The notes: generated by a model not told the origin, from the letters alone. Counted from the first letter of the whole stretch, positions 44,516-57,012 are shown. The stretch is 62,169 nt of DNA, filler included, from Barthelona sp. PAP020 (GCA_040182905.1; 11 parts of 11 records of this genome joined end to end with filler, not necessarily neighbours in it); one strand, 5' to 3'. Translations and numbers: made by a program.

Positions 44516-45340
44516 TTAATTAAAATTATGATTTTCTTGTACAAAAAAAATCTTTTTATTTATTTTTAATCATGAGAAAATATTCTCACAATTTCAATTG
44601 TTGTTTAATTCATTGTGCATTTAAATCTGTTTTAAAGATTTCAATTCAAAAAAAAAAAAGCTTTTCTTTTTTCACATATAAAAACTTTTTATTTATCATT
44701 TATTGATATCTTTATGTGGTTTTTTCGGCATTGTTTATCTTTTTAACAGACAAATTTGAGGAAAAACAAATCAATTCAGATGTGTTCTAAATTGCCAAAT
44801 AGCTTTATTATGAAACAGAAATTGTTTCAAAAAATAAAAACATCACCTCAACAGAAAATTAAAGAAATAAAATTGGATTACACATCAAAATGATTGAATT
44901 GAATAGATATGATGAATTTATTTTCTTGTCCTTTGATTCATCATTTTCAATAAATATGTTTCAGAACATTTTATGCTCATTTTAACAAATAATTTGGGAA
45001 TTTCTTCATGGGAAGAAAATTTTCATTTAAGCATCATTCAGATTTTTTATTTTCCTTTTTTTTCAACAAGTAGATGTATTTAATAGATCACCATTTCATT
45101 CTAAAAAGTAGGATGTGCAAATATTTTTGCACAAATTACACTTTGAAAAAGGAAATTGTGATTTCTTTTTGATAATTTCTATTATATAATTGAATTTTGT
45201 CTTAATTTGCAATAAAAAGTTTTAATATCAAATTTTTTAAAAGAAATAATTCTTTTCGATGAAAGAATTGTGTTTGTTTTGATTTTCAAAACTCTTCGGA
45301 ACAAACTTTTGAAATTGAAACAAGGAGAATAGATAGTAAG

Positions 45341-45409
45341 GCCGGTATAGCCTAATTGGATAGGGTATTAGACTTCTAATCTGAGGATTCTGGGTTCGAG
45401 TCCCAGTAC
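45341..45409 (+). tRNA. tRNA-Arg(TCT), 3' acceptor strand truncated at the contig end
   Basis: D arm GCCT/GGGT, anticodon arm TTAGA-CTTCTAA-TCTGA, T arm CTGGG-TTCGAGT-CCCAG; only 3 acceptor pairs remain before a fold-back. Confidence 0.85.
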
Positions 45410-45519
45410 ACTGGGACTCNNNNNNNNNNNNNNNNNNNNNNNNNNNNNNNNNNNNNNNNNNNNTTAATTAATTAANNNNNNNNNNNNNNNNNNNNNNNNN
45501 NNNNNNNNNNNNNNNNNNN

Positions 45520-45672
45520 ATCTTCTCCAAGCGTAATATTGAGTGTGGTGAAGAGCTAACATATGATTATAAGTTCAGGACAGAGCACATAAAGGATGCA
45601 ATTCCTTGTTTTTGTGGCGCAGATGCCTGTAGAGGTTATTTGAATTATTTTGATAAAAACATGACCAAATGA
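45520..45672 (+). CDS. SET/post-SET histone methyltransferase, 3' fragment (Set1-like)
   Basis: [19 protein letters not shown]...[15 protein letters not shown]. Confidence 0.88.
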   Translation: MFSKRNIECGEELTYDYKFRTEHIKDAIPCFCGADACRGYLNYFDKNMTK

Positions 45673-45893
45673 AACTGTAAATATTAATATTTTTCTTTTT
45701 TAAAGATTGAACAAAACACAATTCTGACATTTGGAAAGATTAAAAGTTCTTTGAAGATTTCTTTACTGCAGATATAAATTTACCATAGCATTAAAAATAA
45801 AAGCAACAATTGGTTATCATTTACTAATATTATTCAAAAAGTCTTTCAGATCAAGTGCATTTTTGAAAATTGAAACAAAATGCAGGCAAAAAA

Positions 45894-46328
45894 TTATATC
45901 AAGTTTTTCTTCACACTTTGAGAAAATTTTAAAAAAACAAATTCTGATGTGGAATCAAAACTACAATTAAATCTACAAAGCCCACTTGTTTTTCTTTGAA
46001 GAATCCACAATTGTTTATGAACATTTGAACATATTCTTTGCAATGCTCTTAATTCAATTGAAGTAATATCTTTAGAACACACAAAAACCAAAGCAATTCC
46101 ATGACTTTTTCCTCTTCTTTCCTCATAAACATTGAAGTGTAACCCATATGTCTCTGCAGTATTTATTTCATATCCAAGATTGGATAAATATTTAAAAGCA
46201 TGGTATAGAACAAAAACACTCGAATCGTATTCTTCAACAAGAAATCCTTTAATTAATGACTGATTTTCATTTTCATCAATTAACAACTGGAATAATGAAC
46301 ACAATGAGGTATTTTGTTCAAAAGTCAT
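45894..46328 (-). CDS. tRNA-splicing endonuclease catalytic subunit-like (Sen2/Sen34 family), minimal
   Basis: YLSNLGY...YGLHFNVY......SHG...RICSNVHKQL gives Tyr/His/Lys triad spacing. Confidence 0.7.
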   Translation of the reverse strand: MTFEQNTSLCSLFQLLIDENENQSLIKGFLVEEYDSSVFVLYHAFKYLSNLGYEINTAETYGLHFNVYEERRGKSHGIALVFVCSKDITSIELRALQRICSNVHKQLWILQRKTSGLCRFNCSFDSTSEFVFLKFSQSVKKNLI

Positions 46329-46384
46329 TCATACTGTAATAAAAAAATCTTAATTTCTCACTTTTTTTTCTTCATTCATTCACA

Positions 46385-46801
46385 ATGCCAAAACCTATTG
46401 ATATTAAATATGATACGAATTTAGGTCGTAATATTGAAAATCCTCAATCAGCAGTTGATATTACATCTCTCCCCTCCAGAATTGATAACCCGAACAATGT
46501 AATTATGAAGGAACAAAAACCATATCTAGAAGGACCTAAACCTTTAGAAGTTCATTTAAAGTCAAAAAAAGCAGCTTTTGGTGTTAGTTTTATGAACATG
46601 TTAGAAAAAGAACAAAAAATGTTTTCTGCTGGTCATTTATCTGAACAATATAGTTTTCCAACACAAAATGCATTGCACTTTATTAATAATACTGATAATA
46701 TGATTGATTCTGAACTATTTTTGAACGATCCTGAATTTAATCCTCATTTAGCAGATACAACAAATGTACTTAATTCGAAATTAGATGTTGTTTTAAGATA
46801 A
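46385..46801 (+). CDS. Proteasome maturation factor Ump1/POMP-like
   Basis: 138 aa; KPLE (cf. HPLE), FG...MLEKE, TDNMIDSELFLNDP. Confidence 0.55.
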   Translation: MPKPIDIKYDTNLGRNIENPQSAVDITSLPSRIDNPNNVIMKEQKPYLEGPKPLEVHLKSKKAAFGVSFMNMLEKEQKMFSAGHLSEQYSFPTQNALHFINNTDNMIDSELFLNDPEFNPHLADTTNVLNSKLDVVLR

Positions 46802-47233
46802 AATGTGATTATTGTTATTATTTTTTTTTATTGATTGATCTCCTTTTTGTGGGCTTAATATGAAAAGTGAGACAGAAATATCCACAACATTTGTTGACTG
46901 TCCATCCAGTTCGGCTTTTGTAGGTGTTGCTGCAACTGGAACACCACTTGCTTCCAAAAATTATTTTTCGTTTTCATCTTTACAAGAACCTGTCAAAGAT
47001 GAAGATATTAACGATATTATGAACTTTGAAACATCACCATTTATGCCTTGAAGAAAAAAATTTTCCATCACAAATTAATTCATGCATTTATCCCAACAAA
47101 TTCCAACTTTTCTTGTCTGAAGGCTCAAAGTCAGTATTGATCAACTTCTCTATACATTGTAAAAATTTCATACATTACTTTTATTCTTTGTTTGTTGTGG
47201 TTGTATTCCTTCCTTTCGTTTGTGGAAATTAAA

Positions 47234-47585
47234 TTACTGAAATACTCTCTCTAGCTTTTTATAATTGTTTTCCTTTTCATTTAGCGTTGTATCTCTATAA
47301 TCGTGAGATACTGCCAAAAGGTTCTCCAATTGATTTCTATCGGTTAACATGATATTTAAAGAATCAACAAAACCCTTCTTATTGTCAGAATTTTGAAAAA
47401 TATCAGCAGTATTGTTAAAAGAGAATAACGTTTCTTCCTTTTCCATTTCAACATTGCTCTCAAAATGGCTCAAAAATCTTGTAAACATGTTATTTTCTTT
47501 CAGGAACAATTTGAATAATGTTTTGGAAACATCTTTAAAAATGATTTCAGGTAATATTCTCGTTTCTTTTGTTGTAATAGCAATC
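47234..47585 (-). CDS. Hypothetical protein; first exon unresolved
   Basis: Frame is open from about 47584 to the stop at 47234; no in-phase canonical donor found that links it to ATG 47665. Confidence 0.35.
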
Positions 47586-48159
47586 TAAAAGTCTTAAATG
47601 GGGTAAAAATGCCATAAAATCATTTTATATTGTTCATATGATTCAATAGGATTCCTTTTTGACATCAAAAATCCCAAATGAGCAAATTAATAAATTTTCG
47701 AATTTTTTTTTTTTTGGTTCAATTAAATTACTCTCAATATTCAATAATTGAAGCTACTGTAAGATATAAAACCATTCAATTTTCGAATTTTATTTTGAAA
47801 AAAGGTTAAAGTCAAATTTGCAATATTATTAATCTTATTTATACTTAAATTTCACCATTAGAGACTCTTTAGCGTCTCTAAGCATTCAACTCTTTTTCAA
47901 CACTGCTTATATTCAATTTTAACTTTTTTAAATGACTTTACTGGTCTTAATTTTCAATTATAAGTGTGTTATTAAATGATAAATTAAAATTCAAACATTT
48001 TAATGGCTCAAAATATATTTGACAGCCTAATTTCTTATATTCTGTATGGTTGGTGCTTCAACAACCATTTGGTGATCAATTACTCTCAAATCAATTGAAT
48101 TCATTCAACTATTGAAAATATTTCTTTGTTTTTTGGGTGACTTTTTTTTAATTGAAATT

Positions 48160-48792
48160 ATGCTTTTCAAATTTGTGTTTTGTATTGTATTTATTATTTC
48201 TTTAACCAAATGTTCATATTTTATTCTTGGTGAAGGGCAAAAATTATGTTTTGTAGAAGAAATAGCCCCTGATGTTCAAGTAGCTGTTATGTATAAAACC
48301 CAAGATGCGACACCATCTGCAGGAGTTCCTTCCCTCAAAGGAAAAATCACTGTTACTGATTCTTTAGGTAGATATCTTTCAGATAATGAATTTTTGCGTG
48401 AAGGCAGAATTGCTTTCACGACGACCAGAGGTGGGGAATATACAATTTGTTTTGAGGGTGAATCTTCGTATTGGGTGAGATCTTCAAAAAAACTTAAAGT
48501 TTATTCAAATATTTTGATTGGTGTTGATGCTATTGATTTTGATAAACTTGCCAAAGTAGAAGAATTGACGGAAATCGACATCAGTGTAAGAAAGACATTG
48601 GCTATGACTCAAAATATCAAAGCCGATTTTCTTTATCTTAAAAGAAGGGAATGGCATTGGAGAGACACTTCTGAACAAACCAATTCAAGAGTTTTTTTTT
48701 TCACATTTTTGGAGATCATTGTTATGATCTCGTCTGTAATATTGCAAACATTCTATTTACACAAATTCTTTCACCGCAAAAAAATACTTTGA
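48160..48792 (+). CDS. p24/emp24 GOLD-domain cargo receptor
   Basis: Signal peptide, CFVEEI, GEYTICF, RDTSEQTNSRV, TM helix, FFHRKKIL dilysine tail. Confidence 0.93.
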   Translation: MLFKFVFCIVFIISLTKCSYFILGEGQKLCFVEEIAPDVQVAVMYKTQDATPSAGVPSLKGKITVTDSLGRYLSDNEFLREGRIAFTTTRGGEYTICFEGESSYWVRSSKKLKVYSNILIGVDAIDFDKLAKVEELTEIDISVRKTLAMTQNIKADFLYLKRREWHWRDTSEQTNSRVFFFTFLEIIVMISSVILQTFYLHKFFHRKKIL

Positions 48793-48857
48793 GTTTGTTT
48801 TGTTCTCAGTAAACAATAAAAATTCTTTTTTATTCATAAATACTTTCTTACAATCAA

Positions 48858-49491
<634 letters not shown>

Positions 49492-49761
49492 GAAAAAGGA
49501 TTGTAAAAAAAAAAGTTTTTGTTATTTGTCAAGGAGTTGATTATGTCTTTTTTATTAACTTTATTATCAATGAATGTTTGTACATTGATTGTGATTTGAA
49601 GATTGAGAAAGAGTTCATGTTGTTTATCAATGTTCTCTTTTTCTTTTTCTTTCAACCAAAAGTAAATTACCTTTTTATCTTTTCATTAACAATGGATTTA
49701 AAAGAAATAATGCCAATTTTTGGGAACTTGATATTTTTATTAAAATTATTTTCTTGTTATT

Positions 49762-50666
49762 ATGAATGATGATATAATTCAACCTCCACCGGAAATTAAA
49801 TGTATTATAATTAATAATTGTTACCGTTGAATACTAACAAATTAGTTATTGTTGAACAATTAGCGAAAAAAGTAATTGAATATGGAATAGAATTTGAAAC
49901 TTCCATTCGAAAAATAAAAGCAGATGACCCAAAATTTTCGTTTATTGATCCAAATTCCCCTTATTATCCTTATTACAAAAATCAGAAAGAGATACTTGAA
50001 AAGGAATCTGAGCCATTAAAACCTGATGAAAATCAACAAATGCACGAGATTGAAGAATCTGAAGAAGAAAATGTACAAAATGAACAACAAAATATTGATG
50101 TTGAGCCTGATATTGTTGAAGAAGATAAAGTTGTTGAAAAAACCAGTCTATTAGATCCACTACGTATTATTAAAAGCAGTCAAGATCCATTACCATTGAC
50201 TTTTATTGTGGACCATCCCAGAGAAAATGTTACTCCTTTTGAACTGGATTTAATTGATTATACCGCTTTCTGCTTTGCTAAATATGGACGAGCTTTTGGT
50301 AAAACATTGATGGAGCGTGAAAAAAAGAACCCAATTTTTGATTTTTTGAAATCTTCAAACAGATTATCACTTTTTTTCTCAAAATTAGTCGCTAATTATG
50401 ATTCTTTGCTTGATAATAAATTGAGAAAGGTTGTAGAATATGTGGAAACCTATTCTAGTACTGATACTTTGGATAATGTTTTGGAACGATGCAGACATCG
50501 CGCTGGGTATCGTTTTAGTGGTCAAAATGAAAATGTGGAAAAAGAAAATGATTCAACAGAAGAAGATATTCCTATCAATTGGGCGAAGTTTCAGTTGGTC
50601 GATTCTATTTTGTTTCCTGTTCACAATGGTTTAAGCTCTAAATTTAAGAGGGCTCCTGTCTTATAA
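49762..50666 (+). CDS. PRP21: Splicing factor SF3a1/Prp21-like, two SURP domains; intron 49802-49845
   Basis: Spliced IIQPPPEIKFIVEQLA..V...G.EFE...PKFSF; second SURP DLIDYTA.C.AKYGR.F...NPIFDFL; INWAKFQLVDSI.F motif. Confidence 0.85.
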
Positions 50667-51113
50667 AAATTTATTGGTGCAAGATTTCTTTTTTTTTTTA
50701 TCCAAGACCTTATTAGAGAAATTGGAAAAGTAGATGTTGGATGGATGTTCAAACGGATTCTGCTCTTTTCCTATGTTTTCCTTCTTTTCTAATCCCTTTA
50801 TTTTCTCTTGTGTGTAGAAAATGATAATTTGAAGATGTTGTATCTTTTTGCACATTTTATAAACATTTGTACAAATTTTTAAAATTTTGCAGGTAAAAAA
50901 AAAACAAAAAAAAACCAAACACATTTTATTATTCTGTTTCAAATAAACTAGCTGTGAAACCATCAACAGAATAAGCATCTTCAACACCATCATATACAAC
51001 CAACATTTCTAAANNNNNNNNNNNNNNNNNNNNNNNNNNNNNNNNNNNNNNNNNNNNTTAATTAATTAANNNNNNNNNNNNNNNNNNNNNNNNNNNNNNN
51101 NNNNNNNNNNNNN

Positions 51114-51308
51114 TAATAAACGGTGAACATCTGATAAATATGTCTGTTTTAATGATGAAATATCAGTTTTCTGTGGAATATTTTTGTGCCTTTTTGGTGA
51201 ATACAATGTATTTATGGCTAAACAATCATAGCCAAACCTTTGAAGTTCGGCAATTCTCGAATGCAAAGTGCCCAATGGTTGTGCAGGAATATTTAAGTCA
51301 CAAATCAT
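51114..51308 (-). CDS. RNase P/MRP subunit Rpp30-like, 5' fragment
   Basis: MICDLNIP...LQRFGYDCLAIN resembles the Rpp30/Rpp1 N-terminus. Confidence 0.7.
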
Positions 51309-51488
51309 TGATTATAATCATAAAAAGTAATAAAAAATAATAAAAAATAATGAGTAAAAAAGTTTATGCCTTTTCAACAACAATAAGTACAAAAAAAAAA
51401 TAGAAATAGATTTAAAGACAGACAAGACAAACAAATATCTAACTTTTAATCGATTAAATTAAGAACTAAAAGATATTCGTCTTCAAAA

Positions 51489-52637
51489 TTAAGAGAATTT
51501 CATTTGCAATATCAAAATAAACCAAGCAATCAAAACCAAAGCCAAAATAGCAAAAATCCAAGCATTTTGAGAATGCGTAATACAATCAGTGTTCTCCCCA
51601 TCAATTCCAACGATCATCTCAACCTCTTTAAGTTTTGATATGTTACAAGCAAAAATTTCATCTGAAGGATTTTCAGGTGAATTGAATTGATAAACAGTCA
51701 ATAGGTTACTATCAAAAGTTGCAAAGGCACCATCATTTGGATACAGATTATATTTTGGTGCGGAGAATAAGGTCAAAACTCTTTCATTATGATCTGCCGC
51801 AAAGCCTGTATCCTTATACTGATGACTTCGAATTATCAAACTCAAATTATTCTCTGACAAAAATTTAGCTGTATGTTCAGATGACCATCGAACGCCCAAA
51901 ATTCGATTGGACATGGAATTTGATACCATTGGATCAGCCCAAACTAAACCAGAATATTCAGTATCCCAGGTGTCAGCAACTTTTGAAAGTCTTCGAATTT
52001 TTTGTAAATCACTAATTTCAGGTGCCAAACCTCCATGAACCACAAAAACATCATTATTCAAAACATGTGCCACTGGCAAAACATCAAAAAATTCAATGAA
52101 TCTACGAAAAATTTTGTCATGTGCCAAAGGATATTTACTGTGCACTTCAGCTTTAAAACCGTACACAGAACATATGGACAAATTCTCATGATTTCCTTTA
52201 CAAATCAAAATGGACCCAATGTCCAAAATTTTAAACATTAATAACGTACAAAAGCATTCAATGGAATGTTTTCCACGGTCAACAATATCTCCATTAAACA
52301 AATATGGATTGTTTGATGACGGATAACCGTTCAACTTGAAAATTGTCAACATATCATGAAATTGACCATGAACATCTCCAACAATATTCAGTTTTCTACT
52401 TGAAAATTCTCCAATCTCTGTATCTGCTAAATCCTCATTCACTTGATAATCAACAACAACAGGATAATCATGAAATATTGCAGAAGCTTCCTTCAATAAT
52501 GTCAAAATACTACTTTGTGCCAAAACACGATTCATATTTTCACTCCAAAATCTTATCCATCTAAAAATATCTTCTTCAGTAAAAGGAAAAGGTAATGTAA
52601 ATACTAGATTCTCTAATGAAACATGTTCTGGAGACAT
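51489..52637 (-). CDS. PPP-family Ser/Thr phosphatase (PP5-like catalytic domain) with a C-terminal TM helix
   Basis: GDVHGQF, YLFNGDIVDRG, GNHE, VHGGL, IIRSHQ, TLFSAPKY; tail AWIFAILALVLIAWFILIL. Confidence 0.9.
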   Translation of the reverse strand: MSPEHVSLENLVFTLPFPFTEEDIFRWIRFWSENMNRVLAQSSILTLLKEASAIFHDYPVVVDYQVNEDLADTEIGEFSSRKLNIVGDVHGQFHDMLTIFKLNGYPSSNNPYLFNGDIVDRGKHSIECFCTLLMFKILDIGSILICKGNHENLSICSVYGFKAEVHSKYPLAHDKIFRRFIEFFDVLPVAHVLNNDVFVVHGGLAPEISDLQKIRRLSKVADTWDTEYSGLVWADPMVSNSMSNRILGVRWSSEHTAKFLSENNLSLIIRSHQYKDTGFAADHNERVLTLFSAPKYNLYPNDGAFATFDSNLLTVYQFNSPENPSDEIFACNISKLKEVEMIVGIDGENTDCITHSQNAWIFAILALVLIAWFILILQMKFS

Positions 52638-52778
52638 AACATAAAAATAATTCTATCAAGAACCAAAAAGAAAAAAACAAATCTGTAAAATTCCTTCAAC
52701 ACTTTATTTGCACCTCTCCATTTTTCAATCCAAAAAAAGATACAAATGTAAAAAGAAAGCAAATAATTTGACTATAAT

Positions 52779-53597
52779 TTACCTAAGATGAACATTGGAA
52801 GATTCAATCAACTCCAATTCAAAATTGGTACAATGCATTGATTTTTGTGGAATTAAACATAATTCCCCTTCGTGATCTTCCAAAGTAGCTGTGATTGCCA
52901 AAGCAAATTCTTGCGTTTCACGAATATTGTCAAAAAACAACAAAATTTTTAAATCACTTAATAACACAGGTCTTTTCAAAGTATTTAGCAATAATTTAAA
53001 CAGTTTAAAACGTATAACTCTTTTGATATTCGATTTCAAAATAATATCTGATTTGCTAAACGGAATCTTCAAAATTTCAAAAACTTGAGAAAATTTACTG
53101 TGAATTATACAATCAAATAACTTAAACACAGATGAAATACGATCACTTTCTATTCCTCTGATCGACAAAAATTTCTGAAAATTGATCAATTCTTGAAATC
53201 CTTGAGTTTGAAGATAATAAAGAGCTCTACAGCAAGACATTTCAATAATTTTTGTTCTAACAACCAATGGATGCCAACAAAATTCATCTTTTATCAATGA
53301 AGGATAAACAATATCAAATAACACAGATTGTGCAGTAATAAATTCTGCAAAATCACCTTCATTTAATGAAAAGAGACTAGATTGTTCAAAAACGTTTACA
53401 GAAAAATATGACGTATTATATGTCAATATTTCTTGTCTCAATTGCTTTAATTGTGATATAAACCAGATGTAATCATGGTTTTGCAATTCATATTCTCTTA
53501 CAACATGAAGAAAGGCAACTTCAAGTACTTTCAGTTCTCTACGACTATTTGGAATAAAATTTCGCGTATATGGCCTTTCAAGATGAAATTTAGCCAT
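52779..53597 (-). CDS. SAC3/GANP/THP3 family protein (Thp3/LENG8-like)
   Basis: ERPYTR..P...R.L.VL..A; Y.WF..QLKQLRQEI; VNVFE; GDFAEF...Q..L. Confidence 0.75.
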   Translation of the reverse strand: MAKFHLERPYTRNFIPNSRRELKVLEVAFLHVVREYELQNHDYIWFISQLKQLRQEILTYNTSYFSVNVFEQSSLFSLNEGDFAEFITAQSVLFDIVYPSLIKDEFCWHPLVVRTKIIEMSCCRALYYLQTQGFQELINFQKFLSIRGIESDRISSVFKLFDCIIHSKFSQVFEILKIPFSKSDIILKSNIKRVIRFKLFKLLLNTLKRPVLLSDLKILLFFDNIRETQEFALAITATLEDHEGELCLIPQKSMHCTNFELELIESSNVHLR

Positions 53598-53657
53598 TAT
53601 AAAATTAAAATTTCATAAATCAAAAAAAGGATTTTTTCTTCAAAAGTAATTTTTCAC

Positions 53658-54035
53658 ATGTTCAAGAAATTGTTTTGCGTATTTTTATTGCTAATTGTTG
53701 GATTTGCTCAACTTGATGAGTTTTATGATGGTCAAATTGAACTTAAACCCGAACAAGAGTTTTTATTTCCTGAACAACCTAAAATTGAACATTCTATCCT
53801 TTCGTTAGGATTTTCTGGAGTGACTCTTTGTTGTTCAATAATTATTTTGTTGTCTTTAGTATATTTTAAAATTGGGGATTTGTCTTCTTTTAAATTGACT
53901 CTTTTCTTGCTTATTTGTGCTTCTGTGATATCAATAATAGCTTATTGGTTTATGTTAACATTTTTCCAACTTGTTGGTTTGTTATCTCCACTTATCTTTT
54001 GTATGTATGTTATCGTCCGTCAAAAATATGAATAA
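53658..54035 (+). CDS. Miniature ribophorin II (Swp1)-like OST subunit
   Basis: Signal peptide, KPE...F..P motif, three TM helices, YWFMLTFFQ (cf. RPN2 YW..LNMFQ). Confidence 0.6.
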   Translation: MFKKLFCVFLLLIVGFAQLDEFYDGQIELKPEQEFLFPEQPKIEHSILSLGFSGVTLCCSIIILLSLVYFKIGDLSSFKLTLFLLICASVISIIAYWFMLTFFQLVGLLSPLIFCMYVIVRQKYE

Positions 54036-54087
54036 ATAAAATATATATAAAATATTTATTATTTTATGAAGATTACATCAAAATAAA

Positions 54088-54671
54088 TTACATCATTACA
54101 CAGCAACCACCAGTATCGCCAGCCCTAGCACGGCGAATGGCACGAACAACTTCAGAAAATGCATCATCAACATGATAATTAATCTTGGCAGAAGTTTCAA
54201 AGAAAGCTGCTTGATGTGTTTTGGCAAAGGCTTTACCATCATCTTGGGAAACTCTGTTGGGAGCATTTTCAATATCACATTTATTGCCAGCCACAACAAT
54301 AGGAATTTTGTCCAAATCATGTTTGACTAATTTAATTGATTCTATAAGAGAATTAAGTGACTTAAAAGTAGCAGGATTAGTAATGTCATAAACAACCAAA
54401 AAACCATCCCCTTGGGAAATGGATTGATCTCGGGTTGAAGCCAATGCAGCTTGACCAGCGGTATCAATGATATCCAACATAACATCACGACCATCAACAC
54501 CAATTTGATGATTATAAGAATCTGAAACAGTGGGATCATAACCATCAGTAAATGTTTTGTTGACGAATCGAATAGTCAGACAAGACTTTCCAACACCTAT
54601 AAATTAGAGCAGATAATTTTAAATTGAATACCACCGCCACCAAGGACAACAATTCTATAACTTTCAGCCAT
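54088..54671 (-). CDS. Ras-family GTPase; intron 54597-54631
   Basis: YRIVVLGGGGVGKS, YDPTVSDSY, DTAGQ, NKCD, ETSAK, CaaX end CCVMM. Confidence 0.95.
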
Positions 54672-54975
54672 TGTTAAAAAAGAAAAGAAATTTAAAAAAC
54701 AAATTTTGTTTTCCACCCAAGCACTCAGTCTTTTTATAGAAAGCGATTTTAACGAGAAATTACAACAATATACTCCTATTAAAGAACAAAAACACAAAAT
54801 TTAGAGATTTTTACACACCAAAAAAGAAAACACATATTATCATAAAAATACTCTTATTATGTACCAAATAACGAAAATAAACAGAAAAATGTGAAAACAA
54901 AAAGTTGTGCAAGATTCAAAATTGTTTTAAATCTCTCTCAAAAAAAAAAATCGAAATCATTAAATATTTACAAAT

Positions 54976-55842
54976 CTAAATCAAATTTTTATTGGGCAAT
55001 CTTTGTTCTTTTATTTGTCTGACAATTCGATCCCATATCACATCTTCATACACAATTCTATTTTTCAAAGAATCAAGAAAATCTATCAATTTCTCTTTCT
55101 TTTTCATAGCAACCAAAGAATCTAAATATTTCAAAAGATTTTGAAACTCTGCATCATCTTTAAGCTGGCCAACAGCTTTTTCATGCAGATCAAGTGCAAC
55201 AAATTCATTTTGTTCCATTTTCTGTTGTTCTTTTTTCAAAAGTAAATCAAATTCTGCCTGATATTTTTTAGCATTGACAAAGGCATTTTTACTTTTTGCT
55301 CCAATTACTGTATCCACGCTTGTGCCAAATGTGGGTCTTTTGGGAAGTTGAACTGGTGTTGGAAGATTTTTATGTTTTCGAGAATATTCCTCAAGCACTT
55401 CTATTTGTAAAGTTCTAACAAAAGAATCATATTTATCTTTCTGAGAATCAATTAATTTTTGCTTCTCAACTCTCTTTCGTTTTGTATCTTCCAAATATTT
55501 ATTGAGATTTTCATTGGCCAATTTCTGAATTCTTTCTTGCCTTTGAACATGTTCTTTTTCTCTTTCTAATAATTTTTGACTATACAATTCTGTTTCCAAA
55601 AGATTTTGTTCATACTTTGTTTGAAATAACTGTTTCTGAGTAACCAAAAACAAAGTTTCTTTTTCTTTGTGCACTGTTGCTTTTTTTTGTAAAGTCTTTG
55701 CCTTTTGTTGAACCTTTTTTTTTCGATTTCGACGGTTATCATCCAACTGTTTTTTTGCCAACAATTTTTCCTGTTGAAGTACAGCTTGAATTCTTGCAAT
55801 TCTCGATTTTTGATCCACAATTGGTTGTTGACCAAATAGCAT
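54976..55842 (-). CDS. Coiled-coil protein, weak resemblance to the CEP295/Ana1 N-terminus
   Basis: 288-aa ORF; RIARIQAVLQQEK..A resembles RxxRLxQVRxQE (weak). Confidence 0.6.
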   Translation of the reverse strand: MLFGQQPIVDQKSRIARIQAVLQQEKLLAKKQLDDNRRNRKKKVQQKAKTLQKKATVHKEKETLFLVTQKQLFQTKYEQNLLETELYSQKLLEREKEHVQRQERIQKLANENLNKYLEDTKRKRVEKQKLIDSQKDKYDSFVRTLQIEVLEEYSRKHKNLPTPVQLPKRPTFGTSVDTVIGAKSKNAFVNAKKYQAEFDLLLKKEQQKMEQNEFVALDLHEKAVGQLKDDAEFQNLLKYLDSLVAMKKKEKLIDFLDSLKNRIVYEDVIWDRIVRQIKEQRLPNKNLI

Positions 55843-56310
55843 AAAAAAAAAGTCGCCAAAAAAAAGTTATGAACTTGTTTAAAAAAAAATTTACAGTATG
55901 ATGTGTGTTTTTAACAAAATAAAAACCACCAAAAAAAATATAATATCAATCAAATTTAACCTTTGCATCAAAAAAATTCAAATGAATGAAAAATATATAT
56001 TGTATTGCCAATGAATCACCAAAAATAAGCGCTGAAATGTTGAAATCAACTGATTTTCTGGAGATGATGCAACAAAAGTAAACAAAGAACACCGTTAATA
56101 AAAGAAAATGTGCATATCCAAAGCATTCAGTATTTTTACCTTTCAAAACTTAACATAACATTAGTATTTTTAAGCTTTGCAAAGTGAATAAGAGTGAAAA
56201 TCTTTCAAAGGAACAAGAATTCAGAAAGAGTTGTGAATTTAAACTCAATTTACCACCCAATTCAAAAACAGTTCAACAAAAATAAAAAATAAATACTCTT
56301 TAAGATGTCT

Positions 56311-56605
56311 TTATTCTTGCTCTAATAAGTTGTTGACTTTGGTATAAAATTCGGTGGCTAATTCTTCATTGGAAAAACGTATCAAGAAAGAGAAGATTTG
56401 GGTTTCATCATTCGTTCCTTTATCGGGATAAGATATAGTAACGCATTTTTTTTGTTTTTCTGATGGTTTTATTGCTAAGTGCTTGTTGACAACAACATTA
56501 ATAAGTATTTTCTTGATAGTTGTTTCTCTAACAAGAATTCTGTTGATTTTTTGGTTATCTTCCATTACGGTGGATAATTTTAAGGGACCAACACCTCTTT
56601 TAAAC
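56311..56605 (-). CDS. Ran-binding (RanBD1) domain, 3' fragment (Nup50/Nup2-like)
   Basis: KRGVGPLKL...RILVRE....KILIN...FLIRFSNEELATEF. Confidence 0.75.
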
Positions 56606-56925
56606 NNNNNNNNNNNNNNNNNNNNNNNNNNNNNNNNNNNNNNNNNNNNTTAATTAATTAANNNNNNNNNNNNNNNNNNNNNNNNNNNNNNNNNNNNNNN
56701 NNNNNTGAACCATCCACGCAAAACGACTCAGTTGCAAGTACCCCCAAACTCTAACCGAGAACAATAAAGATCTTTATAAACATTTATTATTATTGTCGTG
56801 TGAAGCCTTTAATTTTGCCCTTTCGTCTAACGTGAATTTTGTCAAGTGAATTCCTTTGTCTGATTAATTTCTCGTTTTTACATTTCAGAGACTCGATCCC
56901 CTGAAGTGTTCTTTTCGAGAAAAAA

Positions 56926-57012
56926 TCCGGACTACCAGAGTTGAACTGGTGACCCTCTGATGGCTGTAAAGCCTACTACAGTCAGATGCTCTGCCAACTG
57001 AGCTAAGTCCGG
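56926..57012 (-). tRNA. tRNA-Tyr(GTA) with a 14-nt intron (56962-56975)
   Basis: Acceptor CCGGACT/AGTCCGG, D arm GCTC/GAGC, anticodon stem TCTGA/TCAGA, intron at 37/38, T arm ACCAG-TTCAACT-CTGGT, oligo-T Pol III terminator. Confidence 0.97.

Noticed and set aside
45341..45419. tRNA-Arg with mismatched acceptor positions 1-4, suggesting 5' tRNA editing
   Set aside because: The terminal ACTGGGACTC is the exact reverse complement of the preceding GAGTCCCAGT at the contig end, which indicates a fold-back artefact.
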